Below the pieces are notes generated by a model, which searched no databases, was not told where the DNA came from, and saw nothing but the letters and a program-made list of their open reading frames with translations. The translations under genes and the position numbers were made by a program. Source: Chiloscyllium plagiosum (Eukaryota). Taken from it: a stretch of DNA of 42,978 nucleotides. Positions 33,972 through 42,978 of this stretch are shown here, in pieces; the stretch's first letter is position 1, and the number at the start of each line of letters is the position of its first letter. Location: contig NC_057757.1 of NCBI RefSeq assembly GCF_004010195.1, positions 6,852,142 through 6,895,119 on the forward strand. Reading direction: 5' to 3'.

Positions 33972-36900
33972 AAATGATTTATGTAAATGACGCAAAGTAG
34001 TGGACCAGCATGATTTTTGTGGCACTCCACTGGTCACAGGCCTCCAGTCTGAAAAGCAATCTTCCACCACCACCCTCGGTCTTCTACCTTTGAGCCAGTT
34101 TTGTATCCAAATGGCTAGTTCTCCCTGTATTCCATGAGATCTAACCTTGCTAACCAGTCTCCCAGGGGGAACCTTGGTGAACACCTTACTGAAATCCATA
34201 TAGATCATGTCTACCGCTCTGCCATTAGATCTTTGCCTTTTTGTTGCCACTTCAAAAAACTCAATCAAGTTTGTGAGACATGATTTCCCGCGCACAAAAC
34301 TATGTTGACTATCCCTAATCAGTCCTTACCTTTCCAAATACATGTCCGTCCTGAGCCTCAGGATTCCCTCCAACAACTTGCCCATGACCGTCGTCAGGCT
34401 GATTGGTCTATAGTTACCTGGCTTGTCCTTACCACCCTTCTTAAACAGTGGAACCACGTTAGCCAACCTCCAGTCTTCCGGCACCTCACCTGCAACTATT
34501 GATGATACAAATATATCAGTAAGAGGCCCAGTAATCACTCCCCTAGCTTCCCACAATGTTCTAGGTTACACCTGATCAGGTCCTGGGGATTTATCCACTT
34601 TTATGTGCTTCAAGACATCCAGTACCTCCTCCTCTGTAATATGAACATTTTTCAAGACATCACCATCTATTTCCCTACATTCTATATCTTTCATTTCCTT
34701 CTCCACAGTAAACACTGATGCAAAATACTCGTTTAGTATCTCCCCCATCTCCTACAGTTCCAGACAAAGGCTGCCTTGCTGACCTTTGAAGGGCCCTATT
34801 CTCTCCCTAGATACTCTTTTCTTTTCCTTAATGCATTTGTAAAAACCCTTTGGATTGTCCTTAACTCTATTTGCCCAAGCTATCTCATGACCCCGTTTCG
34901 CCGACCTGAATTCCCTCTTAAGTATACTCTGCCTTTATACTCTTCTAAGGATTCACTCGATCTATCCTGTCTATACCTGACATATGCTTCCTTCCTTTTC
35001 TGAACCAAACCCTCAATTTCTCTAGTCATTCAGCAGTCCCTGTACCTACCAGCCTTTCCTTTCACCCTGACAGGAATATACTTTCTCTGGACTCTCGTTA
35101 TCTCATTTCTGAAGGCTTCCCATTTTCCAGCCGTCCCTTTACCTGCGAACATCTGTCCCCAATCAGCTTTTGAAAGTTCTTGCCTAATACCGTCAAAATT
35201 AGCCTTCCTCCAATTTCGAACATCAACTTTTAGATCTGGTCTATCCTTTCCCATCACTATATTAAAACTAATAGAATTATGATCACTGGCCCAAAGTGCT
35301 CCCTTACTGACACCTCAGTCACCTGCCCTGCCTTATTTCTCAAGAGTAGGTCAAGTTTTGCACCTTCTGTAATAGATACATCCACATACTGATTCAGAAA
35401 ATTTTCTTGTACACACTTAACAAATTCCTCTCCATTTAAACCTTTAACACTATGGCAGTCCCAGTTTATGTTTGAAAAGTTAAAATTCCCTACCTTTACA
35501 ACCCTATTATTCTTACAGATAACTGAGATCCCCTTACAAATTTGTTTCTCACTTTCCCACTGACTATTAGGGGGTCTATAATACAATCCCAACAAGGTGA
35601 TCATCCCTTTCTTATTTCTCAGTTCAACCCAAATAATTTCCCTAGATGTATTTCTGGGAATATCTTCCCTCACTACAGCTGTAATGCTATCCCTTGTCAA
35701 AAACGCCACTCCCCTTCCTCTCTTGCCTCACTTTCTGTCCTTCCTGTAGCATTTGTATCCTGGAACATTAAGCTGCCAGTTCTGTCCATCCCTGAGCCAT
35801 GTTTCTGTAATCACTATGATATCCCAATACCATGTTCAGAACCATGTCCTGAGTTCATCTGCCTCCCCTGTTTAATTTATCAATCCTACCTTGTTCTCTG
35901 CTTTGTCCCTGCCTGCCTGGACTGTTGACTCACTTCTCAACTGTACCAGTCTCAGATTGATCTCCTTCCTCACCATCTCCCTGGGTCCCACCTCGCCCCC
36001 CACCCCCCCACCTTACTAGTTTAAATTTTCCTGAGCAGGTCTAGCAAATTTCCCTGCCAGTATATTAGTCCCCTTCCAATTCAGGTGAATCCATCCTTCT
36101 TGTACAGGTCTCTTCTACCCCAAAAGAGATTCCAATGATCCAGAAATGTGAATCCTTCTCCCATACACCAGCTCCTCGGCCATGCATTCATCTGCTCTAT
36201 CCTCCTATTTCTGCCCTCACTAGTTTTAGCACCGGGAGTAATCCTGATATTACTACTCTCAAGGATCTCATTTTTAAATTCCTGCCTAACTCTCTGTAAT
36301 CTCCCTTCAGAATCTCATCCTTTTCCCTTCCTATGTCGTTCGTTGCAATGTGGACAATGACCTCCTGCTGGTCCCTCTCCCCTTGAGAACATTCTGCACC
36401 CTCTCTGAGACATCCTTCATCCTGTAACCAGGGAAACAACACACCATTCTAATTTTTCGCTGCTGGCCACAGAAACGTCTGTCTGTGCCTCGGACTAGAG
36501 AGTCCCCTAACACAATTGATCTCTTGAAACCTGACATACCCCTCATTACATTCGAGCCAATCTCAATACTAGAAACTTGGCTGTTCGCGCTATATTCCCC
36601 TGAGAATCCATCACCCCCTACATTTTCCAAAACAGCATACTTGTTTGAAATGAGGATAGCCACAGAAGACTCCTGCACAACTTGCATACCTCTCTTACCT
36701 TTCCTCGAGTTAACCCATCAATGTGACTGTATCTGCAACTTTTCCCCCTTCCTATAATTGCCATTCTTCACATCCCCTTCCTCTTGTAAATTCCTGATTG
36801 CCTCTAACTGTCTCTCCAACCGATCCATTCGATCGAATAGGATTCACAACCAAGGCCATTTATTGCAGATATAATCTTCAGTAACACGTAAACTCTCCCT

Positions 36901-37305
36901 AAACTCCCACTCTACTAAAGGCCAGTTTTGCTTCTTTGAATCTACAGACCAGAAAATGGGACTGTCTTATTCCTCTACAAAACACTGCTCCAGGCAAACT
37001 TAATACTTATTGCTTAATTTTTAAAGTTTAATCAAGAGACATATCTCAATAAAACACCTAATCAAGAAAGAACCCACTCTACTCACTGCTGCAGACTTAC
37101 TGTAAGGGCACACTTAAAAATATTCACTTATCTGTTTCTGTGCTGTAATCTCTCCCAAACAGGTTCCTCCAAGATTAGTTGTGAATTTCGCTGTTTGTTA
37201 AGTTTTCCTGGACACAATCCGATGTCCAGTGATACGTGAATTCAAACAGCAAAGACAGTAACTGTGCAGGTTCACTGCTGTGTCAGTTAGCAGTGTGGGT
37301 TTCTT

Positions 37306-37347
37306 TCTCTCTCTCTCTCTCTCCCTTCCTCTCTCTCTCTCTCTCTG
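37306..37347. repeat. (CT)n microsatellite
   Basis: Interrupted CT run within the CR1 5' region. Confidence 0.9.
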
Positions 37348-38361
37348 TCTCCTGCACTGCCTGACCATGTGCTGCCTCTGTCTGTCCATCTTTTTTAAAA
37401 GTGCTGTTGTTTTGACATTTTTTTTCTCCAAATTCCAAAACAGTGCAACAGCACATAAAACAGTAATTGCTGTTCCTGGAATTTGAGGAAATCACCTCCA
37501 ACACCGAAAACACCACAAAAAAGGAGCATTCTGTTACAGCCAGAAATGTTTCCTGTCCTCCATCTTGGATTACCCGGTTGAGAGATGAGGAGGTGTGCAA
37601 TTCAGAAAGGCTGTTGCCAGAAAGAGTGGTAAAATGTGGAATTCATTGTAAGAGGAGAAGTGCTTCATTGTGTAGAGTGAGGTTGGAGTGTCCAGTGAAC
37701 CGTGGAGAAGTGGCGATAGGAGTACTGGAGAAAATCTCAGTTGTCCTTGTTAATGACATAGCTGGATCACAAGGAGCAGTGCTGCCTATTGTGTTTGAAA
37801 AGCCAGTGAGGAACCAGGCAGCTGCGGTATTGCAGGAAGTATATCCTAGGATTCTTCCTGACTATTTGGTACAAAGGACACAAAGCCCCAGGTTGAAGCA
37901 GGAGGAGAAATCAAAGAATACAGATAAGGAAGTTGAAATACAATTATCAGAGACCACGTTTGATCAAATGGTTGAGAAGAAAAACAAAAAAAGGTGAAGG
38001 GCAAAGTGGATATTTTTAGTGCAGAGAAATTAACTGAATTACAACAGAAAGATGAAAAACTGAAGCCATTGTATCATAAAGCAAACAGAGAAGTAGATTC
38101 TGAGTGTATTCCAGAATGTTACTATCTTCAAAATTACCTCGTGATGAGGAAATAGAAACCATCACATATTCAGGCAGATGAGAAATGGGGAAAAGTTCAT
38201 CAAGTTGTATTGCCAGTGAGTTACAGAAAGGAGGTGTTGCGGGTAGCAACATGAATTACCAATATGAGGTTATTTAGGAGTAAGGAAAACTCAAGCCAAA
38301 ATACAAAAACATTGTTATGAGCCTGGACTGCATAAGGATGTAGTTAAAATTTGCCAGACAG

Positions 38362-39190
38362 CGCGTTGAAAAGTGTGGAGCTGGAAAAGCACAGCAGGTC
38401 AGACAGCATCCGAGGATCAGGAGAGTCAACGTTTCAGTCATAAGCCCTTCATCAGGAATGTGGGGGGGAAGGGGGCTGAGAGATAAACAGGAGGGTGGGG
38501 GGAAGGAAGCTGGGAAGGCAATAGGTAGATGCAGGTAGAGGGTGATTGTGATAGGCCAGAGGGGAGGATGCGTGGGAAGGAAGATGAACAGGTAGCACAG
38601 GTCAAAAAGGCGGTGCCATGTTTGATCTGGGATGAGGTGGGGGGAGGGGAGATTTAGAGACTGCTGAAGTCGATGTTGATGCCGTGTGGTTGGAGGGTCC
38701 CAAGCTGAAAGATGAGGCATTCCTCCTTCAGTTGGCAGGTGGCTTGGATGTGGCAGTGGAGGAGGCCTAGGATGTGCATGTCCTTGTTGGAGTGGAGGGG
38801 AAGTTGCTGTATTCAGCTATAGGGCAGTGGGCTTTTTGGGTGCGTGTGTCCCAGAGATGTTCCTTGAAATGCTCTGCAAGTTGGCGTACTGTCTCCCAGA
38901 GGTAGAGGAAACCACATCGAGAGCAACAGACACAGTATACGAGGTGTTTGGATGTGCAGGAAAGTCTCTGCCAGGTGTGAAATGATCCTTTGGGGCCTTG
39001 GGGGAAGGTGAGGGGGAAGGTACTAGGTGTGGAGGGTGGGTTGGTGTGGGGCATGGACCTATCAAGGGAGTCATGGAGGGAATGGTCCCTGCGGAACGGA
39101 GACCGGGGGAGGTAGGGATATATCTCTCTGGTGCTGGGGTCTGAGTGCAGATGGCAGCAATGGCTGGGGATATTGTGCTACATCCGGATA
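38362..39190 (-). mobile_element. Penelope-like element 3' part: GIY-YIG endonuclease, 3' UTR and hammerhead motif
   Basis: SCTSKHLVYCVCCSRCGFLYLWETVRQLAEHFKEH (38767-39054). Minus strand 38460-38425 reads cattc-CTGATGA-A-GGGC-TTAT-GACT-GAAAC-GTT. Confidence 0.9.
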
Positions 39191-39191
39191 T

Positions 39192-41790
39192 TAGAACATA
39201 GCAGTACAGGCCCTTCAGCTCTCGATGTTGCGCCAACCTGTGGAACCAATCTGAAGCCAATCTAACCTACACTATTCCATTCTCATCCATATACCTATCC
39301 AATGACCATTTAAATGCCCTAAAAGTTGGCAAATCTATTATTATTGCAGGCAGTGAGTTTCACACCCCTACTACTCTCTGAGTAAAGAAACTACCTCTGA
39401 CATCGGTCCTATATCTATCACCCCTCAATTTAAAACTATGTTCCCTCGTGCTTGCCATCGCTATCTGAGGAAAAAGGCTCTCCCTGTCCACCCTATCTAA
39501 CCCTCTGATTATCTTATAAGTCTCAATTAACTCACCTCTCAACCTTCTTCTCACTAATGAAACAGCCTCAAGTCCCTCAGTCTTTCCTCATAAGACCTTC
39601 CATCCATACCAGGCAATATCCTAGAAAATCTCCTCTGAACCCTTTCAAAGCTTCCACGTCCTTCCAATAATGCGGTGACGAGTACTGGTATGCAATGCTC
39701 CAAATGTGGCCACACCAGAATTTTGTACAGCTGCAGCATGATCTTGTGGTTCAGAAACTCAATATCTCTTCCAATAAAAGCTAAACACTGTATGCTTTCT
39801 TAACAACCCTATCAACCTAAGTTGCAATTTCAAGGATCTATGTACCTGGACACCGAGATCTCTCTGCTCATCTACACGACCAAAAATCTTACCATTAGCC
39901 CAGTGCCCTTTATTCCTGTTGCTCCTTCCAAAGTGAATCACCTCACACTTTTCCGCATTAAACTCCATTTCCCACCTCTCAGCCCAGCTCTGCAGCTTAT
40001 CTGTGTCCCTCTATAACCTAAAACATCCTTCATCACTATCCACAACTCTACCGACCTTAGTGTCATCTGCAAAGTTACTAACTTGTCCTTCTATGCCGTC
40101 ATCCAGCTCATTTATAAAAATGACAAACAGCAGTGGACCCAAAACAGATCCTTGCGGTAAACCACTAGTAACTGAACTCCAGGATGAATATTTCCCATCA
40201 TCCACCACCCTCTGATCTAAACTGCTAAATCACTTTCAATCCCATGCGCCGATTTTGTGAAATAGTCTACTGTTGGGAAACGTATCAAACATCTTACTGA
40301 AATCCACATACAACACATCAACTGATTTGTCCTCATCCACCTGTTTGGCCACCTTCTCAAAGAACTCAATAAGGTTTGTGAGGCACAATGTACCTTTCAC
40401 AAAACCATGTTGACTATCCCTAATCAACTTACTTCTTTCTAGATAATTGTAAATCCAACTTCTTATAACCCTTTCCAACACTTTACCCACAGCTGAATAT
40501 GGCTCACAGGTCTAGACTTTCCAGGGTTGTCTCTACTTCTCTTCTTGAACAAGGGCACAACATTTGCCATCCTCCAGTCTCCTGACACTATTCCTGTAGA
40601 CAATGACAACAGTAAAATCAGAGTCAAAGGTTTGACAATCTCCTCCCTGGCTTCCCAGAGAATCCTAGGATAACTCCCATCTGGCCCAGGGGAGATATCT
40701 ATTTTTAAACTTTCCAGAATTGCTAACACCTCCTCCTTATGCACCTCAATCCCATCTAGTCTAGTGGCCTGTATCTTAGTGTTCTCCTCAACCACATTGT
40801 CTTTTTCTCGTGCGAATACTGATGAAAAGTATTCATTTAGAACTTCCCCATCTCCTCCGACTCCACACACAACTTCCCATGACTGATCCTATCTGCCAAT
40901 GACTTCTCATGTCCCTTCCTGGCTCTTCCCAGCTCTCTCTTTAGGTCTTTCCTGGCTAACGTGTAACTCTCAAGTGCCCTAACTGAGCCATTGTATCTCA
41001 TCCTAACATAAGCCTTCTTCCTCTTGACATAGGTTCAACTTCCTTAACAAACCTCGGCTCCACATTCAACAACTTCCTCCCTGCCTGATGGTTATATACT
41101 CATCAAGGATCCGCAGGAACTGGTCTATGAACACAATCCACATTTCGATTGTACCCATCCCCTGCAGTTTCCTTCCCCATCCAATGCATCCTAAATCTTG
41201 CCTAATCACATCATAATTGCCTTTCCCCTTTTGTGGTATATACCTAGAACTTTTGTGGTACATACCTATCTCTTTCCATTGTAAACATAACTGAATTGTG
41301 GTCGCTATCACCAAAGTGTTTACCTACCTCCAAATCGAACACCTGGCCGGGTTCACTATCCTGTGCCAAATCTAATATGGCCCTGCCCCTTGTTGGTCTG
41401 TTTACCTACTATGTCAGGAAACCCTCCTGTATGCATTGGACAAAAACTGACCCATCTAAGGTACTTGAACTATAGTATTCCCAGTCAATATGTGGAAAGT
41501 TAAAGTCCCCCATAACAACCATCCAGTCACTGTTCCTCCTATTGAGGATCATCTTTGCTATCCTTTCCTCTACATCTCTGAAACTACTTGGAGGCCTACA
41601 GAAACCTCCTAACAGGGTGACCTCTCCTTTCCTGTTTCTCACTTCAGCCCGTACTACCTCAGTGGACGAGTCCTCAAACATCCTTTCTGCCACCGTAATA
41701 CTGTCCTTGACTAACAGTGCCACACCATCCCCCTTTTACCATTTTCTCTGTTCTTACTGAAACATCTAAATCCCAGAACCTGCAACAACC
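39192..41790 (-). mobile_element. CR1 LINE (EN plus RT to 3' end), degraded
   Basis: VVMGDFNFPHIDW, QHGFVKG, SGLPQGSVLGPLLF, FADDTKVG. Confidence 0.93.
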
Positions 41791-41794
41791 ATCA

Positions 41795-42144
41795 CAACCA
41801 TTATAACCGACCAGATACAGTAATTATTCCTAATTAACTGCTCCAATACAGTAGCATCCCATAAACATACCCCTTGGCACAAAGGTAAATTCAAACACAG
41901 AGGGAACCACACCCAGAGAGAGATTTCAGAGAAAGGTAGAGGAATCCTTTACTGAAGCTTGCATCTCCCCTGGAGTTGCATCTTGTGACTGCTCTAGCTA
42001 ATAAAAACTAGAAATAACCTGAACTGGGAGAACTGGCCACTCCCCTTCCATTATTAAACTAGACCCTTCAGCCCCTCTGCCTTTATGACCCTTGCCTTCA
42101 AACCAAGGACACAATAACCTTCTTAAAGTGACAGTGTCATCACA
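41795..42144 (-). mobile_element. Partial Gypsy LTR related to 29636-30293
   Basis: Minus strand starts TGTGATGACACTGTCACTTTAAGAAGGTTATT versus TGTGATGGTGCTGTCACTTTCAAAAGGTTATT. Confidence 0.65.
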
Positions 42145-42344
42145 CAGATGAGAGGGAAGCAGCACTGATGATACCGTTGATATAACGGAGAAAGAATTAT
42201 GGGTAGGGGCAGAAACAGGAGCAGAACAAGGAAAGTTCCACATACCCCACAAAGAGACAGAAGAAAGTGGGGCCAACGCAGGTTCCCTTGACAACCCGGC
42301 TGACCTGAAGAAAGTGGGAGGAATCAAAAGAAAAGTTGCTCAGG

Positions 42345-42595
42345 GTGAGGATGAGCCCATCACAGGGATAAAACGGAGAGCTTTGCTGGTTACAGGACTT
42401 TCAGCCTCAGGGAGTGGAAGGTCAGGAGGGATGGTGAATATATGACAGGGAAATGGGGCTGGGCTAGGGAATGGATTCAGAGGGAAGGGGAGGGGAGGAA
42501 AGTTCCAGAAGGCTGTGGGGATCTCGAAGTTGTTGCAGCTTGTGTGCCTTGATGCCTCAGAGGAAAAGGAAAGGAAGAAGTTTCTCAGGAGGTGA
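42345..42595 (-). mobile_element. Penelope-like ORF N-terminal fragment
   Basis: GIKAHKLQQL and PCHIFTIPPDLPLPEAESPVTSKALRFIP resemble the pre-RT region of Penelope ORFs (LSKGLxFxP motif). Confidence 0.6.
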
Positions 42596-42843
42596 CAGGT
42601 GACACTGCAATGTAAGTCTCTCTCTTCATCTTTCCCATTGCCATGAGCTCTGTGTTCCATTCGTTTTCCTTATCTTCACCTTTCTGTTGATCGGCTTCGT
42701 TGGCTTCACCTTCTTCCCAGTGCCGGAGACTCGGAGAAAGATCTTTGACCAGATTGTGGCCATTTTCTGCAGAAACCCTTATCTCCTGGATCAGGAATTC
42801 AAGCAGAACAGCACCTCACTCACATACCTTGATGTTGGCTCCA

Positions 42844-42978
42844 GAGTGTGAGAGAGGGAGTGGGAGAGAGGGAGTGTGAGAGAGGGAATGTGAGAGAGGG
42901 AGTGTGAGAGAGGGAGTGTGAGAGAGGGAGTGTGAGAGAGGGAGTGAGAGAGAGGGAGTGTGAGAGAGGGAGTGAGAG
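42844..42978. repeat. 14-bp minisatellite (GAGAGAGGGAGTGT)n running off the window
   Basis: About nine near-identical tandem units. Confidence 0.95.

Larger units (their letters stand above)
32712..37576 (-). mobile_element. Near full-length CR1 LINE (5' UTR, ORF1 with SGNH esterase, ORF2 APE endonuclease plus RT), degraded
   Basis: ORF1 SIVLGDSLVRGTDRRFCG...VCCFPG; EN WVELRNKKG...YYRPPNS; RT PGNYRPISLT, GKSCLTNLIEFFE, SKFVDDTKIGG; (gagtcata)n tail; 5' end cgggtaatccaagatggagg. Confidence 0.93.
30420..38361 (+). mobile_element. Gmr1-like Gypsy internal region in three pieces: gag/SCAN-like 30420-31157, protease start 32478-32711, protease end plus integrase N-terminus 37577-38361
   Basis: LPKFDKTDVEVFFISLEK...YELVPEADRQHFRNLRRDPGQ; RDTGA at 32686-32700; LRDEEVC...VRLECP; QVVLPVSYRKEVLRVA...LGVRKTQAKIQKH. 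Confidence 0.8.

Noticed and set aside
29636..42144. Two related LTRs considered as the ends of one provirus
   Set aside because: They are in opposite orientation and clearly diverged, so they are independent insertions.
42681..42812. Minus-strand frame AVLLEFLIQEIRVSAENGHNLVKDLSPSLRHW...K aligns without gaps to the histone H2A core (13/44 identities by eye)
   Set aside because: My rough hand BLOSUM62 score (about 33) is at chance level for a window this size; there is a stop just upstream and no other H2A features. An HMM search would settle it.
42844..42978. Tandem array considered as CRISPR or telomeric repeat
   Set aside because: No unique spacers and not TTAGGG; it is a simple minisatellite.

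Overview
Vertebrate genomic DNA, very probably from a shark or ray: the repeats resemble elasmobranch CR1 LINEs, HE1/V-SINE-type SINEs and Penelope-like elements, and the receptors are GPR139-like. The window holds three GPR139/GPR142-like class A GPCR copies, all disrupted. Two carry a single in-frame TAG and one is frameshifted. It also holds a 3'-truncated, frameshifted unprocessed copy of ZNF622 (Rei1/Reh1 family) with what looks like its decaying promoter and a micro first exon. Most of the rest is transposon-derived: many CR1 pieces (one near full length), Tx1 and Rex1 fragments, SINEs, a SCAN-bearing Gmr1-type Gypsy element split by nested insertions, and Penelope-like elements. Several Penelope pieces carry minimal hammerhead ribozyme motifs, and two are short TSD-flanked inserts. 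No clearly intact protein-coding gene is present. All family assignments are by eye; no database search was run.
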